Notes: generated from the letters alone by a model not told the origin. Shown: positions 1-13,918, counted from the first letter of the whole stretch. The stretch is DNA of 63,602 nt, filler included, from Octopus bimaculoides (GCF_001194135.2; 6 parts of 5 records of this genome joined end to end with filler, not necessarily neighbours in it); one strand, 5' to 3'. Numbers and translations: made by a program.

Positions 1-879
1 ATATATATATATATATACCTAGATTAACACACACACAGACACATATGTATATGCATACATATATAAATTTATATATATATTATGTCTATATATATATTCA
101 TAATTGCTGTTGAGCGTCTTCTTAGAATACACACACACAAACACACACATATATATATGTATGTATAGTATAAACATATAAACATGTATATGTGTGTGTG
201 TGTGTATATGTGTATAGTTATATTTATATTCATACTTAGTGTCAATTGTCTTCTTACAATACATCCAGATGTTGCGACTCTCGTTTTCTCAGAGACTTCT
301 CTATAGAGACAAGAGTCCTAACATCGGGCAATGTTGAAGACTATAGACAGTATCTATTGTCACTTTGTTTGTATCAGTGAATTTATTTTTACTCAGCATT
401 ACTACTATCACCTGATCGAAATTTATCTATTTAATAGTTGAAACTTTCTTTATCAACTCACTGAATTTGACAATATATAGTATGCGAGCCAAAATCATAA
501 CTTCTGACACACATACCATGAGTAACACGTGTTCTATAATGGACCAATCGATTTTTATAGTTGTTAATATTATAATCCTTTAAAACTTTTAATATACTTC
601 TGTGTGCCTGAGCGTATGAATACATTGTAAGAAGGTTTTAGAGGTATTTAAGGCATTTAGTTTTTACTGCTGTTTGCAGTAGAACCAAAATGCCTTTAAA
701 TGTCTTTAAATATGATAAAGATCCTTAGAGGATCACATGCCAATATCTACTTAGGTAATATATCGTAGTTTTCGAAGTCGGTGTAGTACGTCGTATAAAT
801 ATCCACTGTAAACATTAAACCATCGTCACTATCTTCCCAAGTCCTGCTGTATTTCATCAAAGTTGTTTTGGAGAATATA

Positions 880-2245
880 TTGAATATTGCAGAGATAATA
901 CTTTAATGAATATATTATCTAGAATATCTGAGTAACAATCCAAAATCAATAAAAACACACATTAATTAAAAACATGGAAAAGAGACTAACTTATCTATCA
1001 TATAATGAAGAAATTTTCTTCAAAAATGCTAACTTCTATAATTATGCACTTAACAAAGCTGAATATAGGCACAAAATAAAATATCTTAGACCTAGTAAAT
1101 ACATATTTAATGTAAATTGGGAAGAGAAAATAATAGATAGCCCAAATATAATACAGAAAAGAAATTCTAAAGCTACAAATGAAAATAAAATGAAGGAAGT
1201 AAGTATAGATAGAAAAATAAGCTCCAGGATTAATGGCCAAAGTCCTAAAACGGGGGAAATAATAGCAAAAGTGTAAAAATGAATACTAAAACTAATTACA
1301 AACTCATAAAACCTGACACTAAATGCACTAATAAGGAAGGCAAAAGTCCAGTAAAACAGAAATTCATAGCGTTGATATGAATATACTTGATAATTCTTAT
1401 AACAATAGACATAATATATAATAAAGTAAGATATACTCCTTGCATAAATTCTGAAAATCATAATACGGATTATGAGTACCTTAATAAAACAAATACTTGT
1501 GATTCATCATCCCCTTTGCAAGTCAAATTAAAAATAGCATAGTCAAATCCATGTACCGATCAATACAGAAACATTTAAATAAAGTAAAATTATTAATTCT
1601 AAATCTATAAGTATTGGTCATTCCCTATTATAGAATCCCTTTGCAATTATATCCTCAATTAATAATAGAAAACTAGATACTCTTTATAACAACCGTAACT
1701 TTAATGAAAATGATGTTCGGGTAAATTACAATAATAGAAGACATATAGCTGATATTAATTCCCTTCCTAAGCTTAATAATAGAAATACTGAAAATGAAAA
1801 CACCTCTATTAATAATAACGTTGATATGAATTGTGATTGTAGGATTAAAGAAAATTGTAAACCTAACAATAATTGTAAATAAGTTACCTAAGTGCCTAGT
1901 TAAATCTGAAGTGAAGGAATACCACTGCATAGGTTCAATCGAACCTAGATTTAAACGAAGAATCGCAAACCATGAAAGTTGTTTTAGAAACAACCACAGA
2001 ATTAATAATACTAGTCTCAGCAAACTTATATGGACGTGAAATGATAATGGAAAAGATTATATGATTAAATGGGAAGTTGTAAGCCATGCCATGGCTTATC
2101 ATATTTCAGAAAGGAAATGTTGCTTCTGCACTGAAGAAATTTTTTAAATAATAAATTGTAAACGTAAATTATTGGATTCTCAGAAAGAATATATTTTAGC
2201 ATGTAGCCACTACTCAAAATATGTCACTAGAAAATTTAATTAATT
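880..2245 (+). mobile_element. Degraded Penelope-like retroelement (RT thumb, linker, GIY-YIG endonuclease)
   Basis: Broken frames read 'EKRLTYLSYNEEIFFKNANFYNYAL' (PLE thumb), 'NCDCRIKENC' (CxC linker), 'HCIGSIEPRFKRRIANHESCFRN...TSLSKLIW' (GIY-YIG) and 'WEVVSHAMAY...RKCCFCTEE' (C-terminal Cys motif). Many stops and frameshifts. Confidence 0.75.
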
Positions 2246-4241
2246 AGGGGGTTAATATTATACTGTAATTGTTAGTATACACATGTTACCACTACTCGTA
2301 ATATGCTTTAGAAATGAAAATCATGAGTATAAATAATATATAAAATAAATAGTAATAATTAAAGCATATAACATCTAAACATAAACTGATTGGCTTGGGG
2401 AAGATGCATATTTTATTTGTAGTGATTAACATAAATATACTTTTAGAAAATCAGATAAAGTTACTAAATAGATAATAAATGTTACCAAACATGAAGTATT
2501 CTAATTTGTTGTGATTAACCTAGATACAATTTAGGAATTTAAATAATTTTATTAAACAGATAATAAATTAAACCTAATATTAAAACTACGGAAATAGTAG
2601 AATAACTATGGCTTGATTAAAAAAATCAAACATAAATTAAAGTAATTAGAAATAAATATAAATTACATATACTATACCATATACTATATAATGATTGAAT
2701 TTCATTTTAATAATAATAGAGAGCATGAACATTTACTATCTATTAGCCAATATTATTACTTTTAATCCAAGCATGGATATTAATCATGAAAGGGTTTTAG
2801 AATAAATAAAAATAAAAATAATATATACTACAGTACATTATGTAATATGTTAATATATGCTTCATAGTAGTAACAATAATATTGAGTATTGACATTCACT
2901 AATTAACCAAATAATATGATACATTTTGATTTTCATAGAAATTTCAGGAAGATATAAATTAAAAATTAAGTATAATTAGTGTAACTTGATATAACTGTAC
3001 TTACAAACCTAACATAATTTAATCATAAATAACACACACAATGTTATATCAGATTATTCAAGACTTAAAAATCAGTTTAATAGTGGTGGTAATAATAAAA
3101 TTGAGTATAGATACCTATTAATTAAATGTATAATATTATGTATTTTAATTTAGATAAAAATACTATAAATTTATTAATGAAATCAGTTATGATGACATAA
3201 TACACCAAATAAATCCACGTAATGATAATGAATGTATAGAGTAAGCCGAAGTATGAATATTAAGCACACCATCCCAACATATATCTAAATCTATATATAA
3301 TCCTATAATATAATAACTAGTAATAAATATAATCATTAATATAATTACTTTAATAATATACATATAAGCTTAAGACCTAATGACATAACTTTAGAACGAA
3401 ATATCTACATACATACGTACGCACACGCACACACACACATATTAATATATAAATAGATAATATATATGCACATACACTCGCATCCACGTGTATAAACATA
3501 GAAACATGAACATACACGATCGCAAAAGTATTAAACATACTTTTGTATCTAAATATAAATGATATATAATTAATTAACCTCTCGCCAAAATGAATACATA
3601 CTTGAGAACCAATATAATGACTTTGGAAGAAACATACACACACGTATGTATATGTATATATGAACACGTGCAAAAAATAATTCATAAATAAAGGCACCCA
3701 TACCTCTTTAATATATATACACGCATTTAAATACATTTACATAGGCACACGTATACACGCATGAACATGGATTTATTTCAGTTTATTTCACTTTCCTAGA
3801 TTCTATTGTATTTACACTATTTTATTTTATTTCTACTTTATTTACTAAATATTTATTCTATTTCTACATTTTTATTCATTATTTATTATTTTTTATTTGG
3901 AATGTTTCTTTCATTTTTATCTTATCTATACTTTATTTCTGCTCATATATAAATTAATCTATATACCTAAAGAAGTAAATTGGAAAGGAACATATATACG
4001 AATGCACATACATATTTATATACATATTGACATACATACTTGTTGCGTCTATGTGTATGTATATATATATATATATACTTGGGTACATGTACGTGGGTGC
4101 ATATACAAACACACATGTACAAGCATAAGTATAAATTTTGTCTCATTTTACTTTAATTTTGCGAAATGAAGTAGTTGTTGGTGAATATGTTGATTAATTA
4201 ATAAATTAATTTGTATCCATTAGGCCTCTCTGTTTTCTAAG

Positions 4242-4292
<51 letters not shown>

Positions 4293-4645
4293 TTATGGAA
4301 AATTCTACCATACACATATACTATATAGCTTTCAAAATTATATGGGGTTTTATTGCATGCATGCGGGCGCACACACATTATTTACTAAAAAATATTGTTG
4401 CACCGAGATTTTAGATTTCTTATCAGTGGAGATGGACAACTGCCATTTTTTCAGCTAGTCATCCAAAGTGTCAGGCATGAAAGTCTGACTGAGAATTAAT
4501 AAACACATATTTGTATACCTCCTCATCTCTGTTGGTTCGTTTCTACTTAGATATACACACAGGCATCATTCACACACACACACACATGTGCATCAATCCA
4601 TCTAGTCATACATCCATCCACACACATACACACACACGCACACAA

Positions 4646-4683
<38 letters not shown>

Positions 4684-4690
4684 GTATCAT

Positions 4691-4948
4691 GTGATCAAGT
4701 GACCAACCAGGCTATCAGATGTTACACATCGCTGGTCACAATGCGAATTTGCACTGTTTTATCTTTCAAATGATTCCACCCCGCTGGTTAGGCGTGTAGG
4801 CTGACCATCACCCCTAATCGAAGGGGGTTTGGAACAATGTAAAATGAAGTGTTTTGCTCAAGAACACAACGCACCGCGTAGTCAAGGAAACGAACCCGCG
4901 ACTTGAGCATTCTTAGTGCAACAGCCTAACCATTAGGCCACGTGCCCC
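4691..4948 (-). mobile_element. tRNA-derived SINE, family D
   Basis: Minus strand starts GGGGCACGTGGCCTAATGGTTAGG (A-box-like), then GGTTCGTTTCC (B-box-like) and 'gtgttcttgagcaaaacacttcattt'. Related copies at about 37040-37145 and 45770-45950. Confidence 0.7.
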
Positions 4949-5569
4949 AAATGATACAGGTAATACCGAGTAAGTGCTGTATACCGACTAGTTTTGCCCC
5001 AGATGTGGTTGCAACATGAATGTGGAATATAGCATGGGTAGTGTATTAGCGTGTGTATGTATAAAAAGAATGAGATAAATAAACCAATGGCATAAATAAA
5101 TTTATATTTTTATATTTACGCCATTGGCTTCTTTATCTCATTCTTTATATACATACATACATACATACATACATTCATACATACATGTGTGTGTGTGTGT
5201 GTGTTTATTGCATATGTAGAATATTTTGTTTGAAGTACTGTGAGAGTAATTTTGATTGATGTAGAAAGCCACTCCTATGCAAGTTTGAAATACAGAATTG
5301 AAAGAATCAAATCGGAGAAAAGTGTAACATAAACGATGATTTATTATTTTAATTTATACTTCATTGATTCGTATTTAATATCTCGCAAAGTGTAAAAATA
5401 GACGACATGCTTAGAACTGTTCATCATAGATCTGTGGTAGTATGGGTGCAGACTCTATACTCTGTTAGCTTTAGTTCGTTCCTGTCTTTTCTTGATGGAC
5501 GGAATTAGTGTATTAATAATGAACATCTGCTTAATCCTCTAATTTACAATATTCCGATCCGTGTCTAAC

Positions 5570-5785
5570 GCGGTGAGCTAGCAGAAACGTTAGCACGCCT
5601 GGCAAAATACTTAGCGATATTTCGTCTGTCTTTACCTTCCGAGTTCAAATTTCGCCGAGGTCGACTTTGCATTTCATCATTTCGGGGGTCGATAAATTAA
5701 GTACCAGTTGTGTACTGGGATCGATCTAATCGACAGGCACCCTCCCCCAAAATTTCGGGCCTTGTGCCTAGATAGAAAGGAATAT
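5570..5785 (+). mobile_element. tRNA-derived SINE, family A (Meta-domain-like core)
   Basis: A box 'tagcagaaacgttag', B box 'gagttcaaatttc', core 'gaggtcgactttgc-tttcatc-tttcgggg-tcgataaattaagtaccag'. More than ten copies in the window. Confidence 0.85.
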
Positions 5786-6306
5786 TCCATTCCGTGTCGT
5801 CTTTTTTAGTGATCGCAGTATCTTGGTTATGGCATTTCTGCGGATGTTTTGAGAGGAAGCCGTATTTGTAGGAATGTCGTCCCTCTCTGTCTCTGCTGCT
5901 CTCTCTCTGTATGTCGTCTCTCTTTCTCCCTCTGTCTCTTTATTTCTCTCTTTGTCTGTCAATGTCTGCCCCCTCTCTGTTACATACACAGAGGTTTAGT
6001 ATTACAATCGGCAAATGGGAGAAATAGAAATTAACATAGAGTGCGTATAGTCATGTTGATGCAAACAGGAAAAATAAAACTCAAAATATGAGTATATGTA
6101 TATTTTTATTACCATTTAGCAGAAGTAAATGAGTGATTCAAGGTCCGAGAGTTTTGTGAGTTGGCACTCAATGACAAAAAAAAAAAGAGAGAAAAGCGTA
6201 ACATAAACAATGATTTAATCTTTTAATTTATATTTCAGTAATTCGTATTTAATATCCCGCAAAAGGTAAAAATAGATTACATGAGTAGATCTCTTAATAT
6301 AATATA

Positions 6307-6348
<42 letters not shown>

Positions 6349-7379
6349 GGTCAGAATTTAAGGGTAGTTTCCATATTCTTTCCTAGGGCCCCTGAGTTTA
6401 GTAAAAAGATGGGAAGAAATAATCTTCAGGCAAAAATGACTGGAATATTTACAATACAGTGAATCCCGTAGAGACACCCCAGCTACCAGTTAAACAAGTT
6501 GATGGATTAAGTTAGCCACTGAAATGTATTCCTTTCAATTTTCGGCTTCACATCATTCTGCAGCCAAACTTACTTTTCATCATGTCTTGATGTTTAGGTT
6601 GCTCTCTACATTCATAATGCATAAGGAAGTTGCTGTAGCTCACTACTAATCATTCAATGTTCCATTGACAACAACTGAGCTAGTTGAAATCGGGAAACAC
6701 GTAGAGTTATCTTGATATTGCACATTATATGTAAGAGAAAGAGAATTGCAAATATTTCCATAAATATTGGCAAGCGTTGGCAGTAAAATAATGTTAATTA
6801 GCAAGCGGGAAATAATAATAAAAAAAAAAGAACGCTAGAACAAATGTTTAAAAGATAAAGCCATCTTAAATATAATTTATACATCACGCTGAAGCAAACA
6901 AGAACGTTTACAGACACGCGTGCTACTAATTATTTTATCAAGCACACACCTATGTGTATTTTATTCAGCACACCAGATAGCAACTGTAGCACAAATACAA
7001 GTGGTTGCGAAAGCATAAAAGGTGATTATATAGAACTCTATTGATCTTTAACGAAAGATTAAATTTATCTTCGATCAGAGAAAACAACACACGCCAATTT
7101 ACTAATCTAACAGCGTGTATCACAGAGAAAGATGACGATAAGCAATAAACACGATGGTTGTGATAGTTATGTAGATGCCATCAAAGAGAATAACAAAAAG
7201 TATTTTGATTATTCTTTGTAGTAGCTCCGATATATTTTGATAGACTTCAGAAGTGAAATACGGTACATCAAACGAATATCACTATATGTATGTATGTGTG
7301 CACGCGGGCAAAAACAAAGAAATGTGATATTATAATATTTAGTTGATAAAATTTGTTCTCATATGAAATACAAATTCTG

Positions 7380-8200
7380 AAAATTGTGTAAATCCTGTAT
7401 TTAAATATCCTAATTTCAGTCTTTTACGTAGAGCTTATATTACCAGAGCTGCACAAGAGCGCAAGTATGTAGCTGATTGTAATAAATGTCTCACAGTTTT
7501 GGAGAATTGTACCAACACTTTGTGTTCCTTGAATATTGTGCAGCTTATTATTTTATGTTATGTGAAGGTCCTTGTGGTGATATAGGTTATTGTTAGTACT
7601 TTTATTAGATGAGCATTAATGTTACTGAGTGAGATGGATTGTATCTTATATTTGTTATTTATCGCTGTTAAAATATATTGGTAGCTGATAGTTTTAGTGC
7701 ATTTTTTCGGAGCAAGGTTTCATGGTAGGTGATATAATTTGAAAACGAAAGACAAGGAAAGAGAGTGAAAGAAATGTGTTGATCAGAGAGAAGGTAGGAA
7801 ACAAGATAAGAGAGAAATTCACTATCTTTGGATTCCGGTTCATTGACATATCAATTATTGATAAGACAGAGTTTGATAACTTGACATTCGACCCCGAAAT
7901 CAAATCCTCTGCCTGACAACACATAATCCGATTTAATCCAAACGCGAATGCAAGTTGGCTGACTTGAGTGGCACAGGTTGCATGAGCTGAACATTGTCCG
8001 TTTTAGATTATTAGTTGGCGAAATATATAATGATGGTGTGTTGCAGGCTCCGTGCTGTAACCTGTCTTAAAATGTATTAAACTAGTACGCTGTATTTTTA
8101 CTATTGTTTGTTTCAACCAGGGGCTATGTTCATGTTGCGGTTGATGTTTTTCATGAATCAATTTAGCATTTACAACTGGTCCTGTCAGTAACAACATTAG
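7380..8200 (-). mobile_element. Highly degraded Penelope-like element fragment (RT thumb and linker)
   Basis: Minus-strand peptides 'STEPATHHHYIF', 'SAHATCATQVSQLAFAFGLNRIMC' and 'IFKEHKVLVQFSKTVRHLLQSA' resemble the PLE motifs KPTDxHQYL, SxHP...SIPYSQALRxRRIC and P-I-V-A-Y-R...NLRDLLV, in the expected order. Similarity is weak. Confidence 0.45.
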
Positions 8201-8896
8201 ATGCAGAAATAACAACAACAAGCGGATATAGAAGTCATTAGAGGGTCAGATAAAATACCCACGATACTTGTTCCGACTCTGTGCGTTCTGAGTTCAAATC
8301 TCCACAAGGTCAGGCTTGCCTTTCATCATTTCGGGGTCGATAAAAATGTATAAATCCAGTTTGGTGGATTTGAAAAACTTTAAGAATGCCGAACCAGATA
8401 TCTTACGGTATAAATCCCTCTATTGCTGATTTAGTCTGCTTTGCGGTTTAACACCACCATTTTTTTCTCACAGAATCCACTCTCTTGCAAGCATTCTTAG
8501 TCAAGTCCTCTGCTTCAGGATGTGTCTCAACTATGCGAAGGGTTTGCAAAAGGTCATAGGAACATCTTTTCTCCTGACTAAAGAAGAAAAAGAAAAACAA
8601 ACGCAAGAAGCAGAACAGGATGTAGTGTTGTGTTTGGTTGCAGGCAAATAGAAATGTTATTTTACTTCGCTGGTAGAAAAATGTGGCAAGTAACATTCGA
8701 TATATGAGAAATCAGCAATGTCTGAATATCGAAAAATTTAGAAAGTCATTACATGGTAAATATTAATTATAAGGCGAATTAACAATTCTAGTCGTAATTA
8801 TCTGTTGTGAGTTTAATTACAATAATTATCTCAATAAAGTGGGCTACAGGGATTGAAATACATCCATCACACACATACATACATGCATACATACAT

Positions 8897-9060
8897 AGGC
8901 GCAGGTGTGGCTGTGTGATAAGAAACTTGTTTCACAAGTACATGATTCCAGGTTCGTTCCCACTGCGTGGCACATTGGGCAAGTGTCTTCTATAGACACG
9001 AAGCAACGAAAGCCCTGGGAGTGGACTTGGCAGACGAGAACTGAAAGAAGCCCATCGTAT
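8897..9060 (+). mobile_element. tRNA-derived SINE, family B (5' half)
   Basis: 'aggcgcaggtgtggctgtgtgataag...ggttcgttcccactgcgtggcacattgggcaagtgtcttcta...gaaagaagccc' followed by (TA)n. Confidence 0.85.
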
Positions 9061-9429
9061 ATATATATATATATATATATACACATACACACACATATGT
9101 GTGTGTGAATGTGTGTGTATAGATTAAAACAGTTTTATTCGGATCCCTAGGTACTCTGGGTTTCAAGCGGTTTATCAAAAGAGACCGAGAAAATAGGTAT
9201 CAGGATGCTGTCATGGGGTCTTTCATTGTCTGAATTGTATTAATGGTGGTCCTTCTCTAAATTATATTTATATACATATATTATATATTGTGAAATTTAA
9301 TTTGGTATTTTATACACTTATTAGATCAAGGATGTCATTCAGAGAAAGGTCGTTTAAGACACGGTATACATAGAAAGACACAGAATAACTCAAAGCCAAG
9401 CGAAACGAGAACGGTGGATATATATATTT

Positions 9430-10455
9430 CTTTTTTGTTTCAGAACATCAGCACCGTATAAACAAGACACCTCGGAACAAATTCGAATCGCAAGTCTTAA
9501 CAATATATGCAAATAGTATAAAATCTAAGTGCTGATATGTTTTATCAGCAACCGGTACATAAAACAAAATTAGACATCTATATCCACCTGGTTTTGAGGA
9601 TTTCAACGTAAAGAGATGGAGCTTACCCAGGTAACTCACAAAAGGAAGAAAACAAACACCCTGGACTCCCCACCCCAAATAAAATATATTATTACAGACG
9701 AACAACACAAATACATTCCCCAGTCCCACCTCACTGGCACTACATTAGTTGGATAACGGTTCGCCAAAGCCCTCGTCTCAAACTTTAAAGGTTTTTAAAA
9801 AAAATGTCAAAGTCATCTCTTTTAATGAGAAAAACGAGGAGGTTTTGCGGTACATAAAAGTACATCCAAAAATAAAACTCTTTAGCAAAACGGCAGACAA
9901 TAAGTCTGACGTTCGCTATGCGAAAGTCGGAGAAGATGAATGGAAGGAAAAAATCCTCCAAGAACATATAAAGGATAATGCAATAATAGATGTTACCCAA
10001 GAGGTGATAGCGGGTAAACTAATTATTAGCCCGGCAGCCACACCAACCCAGAGCGCGGTGGCAACGCCAGTGAAAAGTCCAGCAGCGTGGGGAGTGTCGG
10101 GGAAGCAGGCAAACAAAAAACTGTCATGCCCCCTTTCTCAACCGTAAGTAAAATATTTTTCATTAATCGATGATTAAGTTAGGCTGTGTGAATGTGCGTG
10201 GAATGGGGTCAAAATGGAAACAGGTTTGTTTCCTGTACGACCTCACAACACACGGAATAGATGTGGTTATTGCAACCGAGTCCAAGATGAACGGACCTCA
10301 AGCGTTCTCGCCTCTTCTGTATGGTTACGAGAAATTTATTTCTCCTAGCCGGGGAAAAGGAGCGGGCGTAGCAATCCTTATCAGGAAGAGCTTGGACTTA
10401 CAGATAAGTACTGTTTTTCTGGACCCAGAAGGCAGGCTGGTCGTCCTGGATTTAT
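9430..10455 (+). mobile_element. L1/Tx1-clade LINE fragment: ORF1 3' part and ORF2 apurinic endonuclease N-terminus
   Basis: ORF2 from ATG 10170 reads 'IKLGCVNVRGM...IDVVIATESK...GAGVAILIRK...DPEGRLVVLD', classic APE motifs. An open ORF1-like frame ends at TAA 10147, 22 nt upstream. Homology stops near 10455. Confidence 0.8.
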
Positions 10456-11616
10456 TAAAATTATACATGCACTGCTTCATTCAATTTTATTGCATCATAT
10501 CCACCATGAAATGATAATATAATTCACATATATATGCTTTAGCTTTCATAGCAAATATATTAATGTATGCAATGTCATTCATACACAGAAGGCGGTGCTC
10601 CAGAATGGCCTTAGTGATGATGCCTAAGATACAGCTTTTCATTGCACAGAGCACTGCTCTTAATGTCCATTTATATATACCCACTTTTATTCTTAAAATT
10701 AAATCGTGATTATAATCACAATCCCGAATTATAATCTCAATTTTGTTTTAAAGCTGAAAGATAGACTAAAACATAGAACTATGGCATGAAGAACATATTT
10801 GTTGTCTCAAAATTACTGGATGGAACGACGGCAAAATCCAAACTGAATGCAATTAAATATGATGAATGTATAGTCTATGAGAACTCTCATCATTTTCATT
10901 TGATGAATCAATTTTGTGTAAGTCTCCACCGCGCATAGAATTCTTTCTAAATTAAAAGTAAAAAAGATGAAAGACAAGTTAGAAGAAATTGCCTAAGGCT
11001 TCATATTTACAGCTGACATTTTGACAAATTAATTCTTGAACGTAACAACCCGATCATTCTCATCTTTCGTGAAGAAAAGTTTTTAAAAATTCTGAAATAA
11101 ATAAATAATTAAAAACTAGAATAGAGAAAGAAAAGTGAGAAAAAAAAAAAACACCTCAAATAGATTAAACTGATTTTAAAAGAACTTTGAACAAAAAAGT
11201 TACATTGTGTGCGACAGCGCTAATTTTCACCATCATGTATGGGGAATTTTTTTTATTGTTGTGTTTCGAATATTGATTTAATAAGAAAATAGTATAAAAA
11301 CAAAACGAATAAAACACTTCTTACTATAGCATCAACTAAAAGATTTGAAATATTTCTGACTCAAGAAGGAGTCATATTCAATAGTTATGAAAAGTTGGAT
11401 AAAAGCATTAATAAGGAAATATTGGAATATTGGTGGATATTATATAACCTTGAGGCATGAACTAATGTCCACTTGAAACAAGAAAAACTAGATAATCGCT
11501 CAAAATACTGTACAACAGTAATACAGAGCATTAAAAATAACAGTTACCTGCATCTCCATCAGAAAGTGATATAATACTTCAAGACTATAATTCGCTTGTT
11601 TTTTTTTAATTTTATG

Positions 11617-12140
11617 TGGTGAGCTGTCAGAATTGTTAGTACGCCAGACAATAATGCTTAGCGGCATTTAGTCCGTCTTTACTTTCTGAGTTCAAATTCC
11701 TCCGAGATTCACTTTGCCTTTCGTCCCTCGGAGTCGCTAAAATAAGCATCAGCTGTGAACTGGGATCTGTGTAATGGTCTTTCCCTCAAAAACCGCAAGG
11801 CATATGCTAAAATTTGAAAACATTATTTCACAACATAAGAAGTAGCACTTATCTGCTTCCCCTCACAACACAAACTCCTCCCGCCACACAATGTGATATT
11901 CGAGGCTATATTTTATTGTATATCGCTTTTTAAATGTGGTGTGGTGGCAGAATCATTAGCGTACCGAACAAAATGTTTGGCGGTATTTCTTCAGATTGTT
12001 TATGCTCTAAATTCAAAAGCTGTTCAAATGCCACAGAGGTCAGTCTTACCTTTCTCGTTCGAGAAAATAAGTACCAGTCTAGCACACGAGTCAATGTAAT
12101 CATCTTCTTCCGCCCTCAAAAATCGTGTGCCAGAGATTAA
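11617..12140 (+). mobile_element. Two diverged family A SINE copies (about 11617-11820 and 11935-12140)
   Basis: A/B-box head and 'ttgcctttc...aaataagtaccag' core are recognisable in both. Confidence 0.7.
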
Positions 12141-12877
12141 AATTATTTGGCTACTTGTGAAAATTGCATCGTTGGATCGTGTACGCTTTCCTAACAGGGA
12201 AATATGTGGTTCACTGTATTACTGCAGGCAAAATTTACGAAGGAGTATCTGTAATACTGTATAAAATACATATATTAAAGACTTTGTTATTAAAGAACTG
12301 ATTTTCGTGTTTCTGGTGTTTATATTCTTCGTTAATATATATCGGCGAAATTTAAGCACATATACAATTCGCACACTGAAACATGGGTATAGACACACAC
12401 AAAGTCCGATCGGATGCCACATAAGCTTGGGTCCTTACTTCTCGAATCCATGTGAAGATAAATTACACATATCTATGTTTCATTTCTTTAGCGCGATATC
12501 TTACTCTTGTTCCATTCTAGTAACGGGATTTCTTTTGAGTTACCACGTGTTTAATTTCTTATGGCTGGTTACATTTCCACTCAGTTTTCCAATAGCATTA
12601 AAAGGATTTTAAGAATTAAAGTTTCTAAAATTATATTCATTAACAGTTTCAAATGACATACTGCTGTTTCACTTTCATATAGAACCGTGTCAGTCATAAT
12701 ATACATGTATTAGCTATATGTATTTCATATTATGGAATATGATCTTTATATTAAGTGTATATTTGCATCATAATGCGTTAACACTGGGGTTTTCTAAATG
12801 ATGTGGAAAAATGTATTTCTTCAATATAAAGCTACAGTTTTTATATGATAAAGTTACAGTCTTTTATATAAAGCTTC

Positions 12878-13006
12878 ACTCTTTGGACTGCGACCATGCT
12901 GAGGTGTCGTCTTGAAGGGTTCAATTGAGAAAATCTACTCCAGCACTTATTTTTAAGTCTGGTATCCAGTTGTCAAGTTGGTGGGGCACAAACTCAAACG
13001 CACGCG

Positions 13007-13101
<95 letters not shown>

Positions 13102-13274
13102 ATGTACATACGAGGGCTCTCTTTCAGTTTCTGCCAACCAATCCATTCACGAGGCTTTGTTAATCTCGGAGCTGTGGTTGAAGACACTTGCCTAAGGTTT
13201 TGTACTGTGGGACCGAATCCAAGGCCGCTTGGTTGCGAAGCAAACTTCTTTATCACATAGTAATGCCTGCGCCT
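12878..13274 (-). mobile_element. Family B SINE, full length, with internal (CA)n
   Basis: Head 'aggcgcaggc' at 13274 (minus), core 'ttaggcaagtgtcttc', central (TG)n, tail 'cagcatggtcgcagtc'. Confidence 0.8.
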
Positions 13275-13866
13275 ATTTCTATAAAATAATTTCTCAGTAC
13301 ATCTAAATACTAGAACTGGCCAGCAAAAAGTTCATGTTGCCATAAAAAGAAAATATGATTGATACGTGTAAATTGTATTAACTTGGACCAAATTTTCAGT
13401 GAGCCTCAGCATATGCGGTATTCTGACTGCCTCAAGCATACCCAAGGGAATACTCAGAAGTCATTTAAGCACCTTTTATTACACGATATTCTAACTTTTT
13501 TTTTAGTTTTTACCAATAAGGGTTTAACTAACTAAATAAATTTGTTATAGGTGGGTGTATCAAACACTTGAATATCCTAGATAAAATTGTCCACAGGCAA
13601 AGCAAAATGCATTAGCGACTGTAATAAATTTAGTGGAAAATGATTTCTTTCGTCACATGAAAATTAACTTTTCAAGAGAAATCCAATAGTGGTCCATACA
13701 TTTAAGAACAATTCTCGTCATTTATATTTATTCGATTCTAGTCTGGGTGACGCCAGGTATTCTGCTTTTATAAAATCATTTCTCCTTATGTCAATGGCGT
13801 ACTTACATATGCATACTGATTTGGACGCACACACAGACAGACGCACATATATGAACGTATAGAAGT

Positions 13867-13918
<52 letters not shown>

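Noticed and set aside
5570-5660. tRNA genes at A/B-box-containing sites
   Set aside because: All are SINE heads continuing into SINE cores; no complete cloverleaf.
6969-7021. AG...GT-bounded segment with 'QIATVAQIQVVAK' resembling VATPTVV
   Set aside because: Stop codon in that frame and negligible similarity.
8474-8560. 'SSASGCVSTMRR' resembling paired-domain VSHGCVSKIL
   Set aside because: Only GCVS matches, and the frame stops soon after with no GGSKP.
10850-11500. Possible hAT transposase relic ('IFTADILT', 'IVCDSAN')
   Set aside because: Only two short motifs in AT-rich, stop-riddled frames; cannot be supported without a search.
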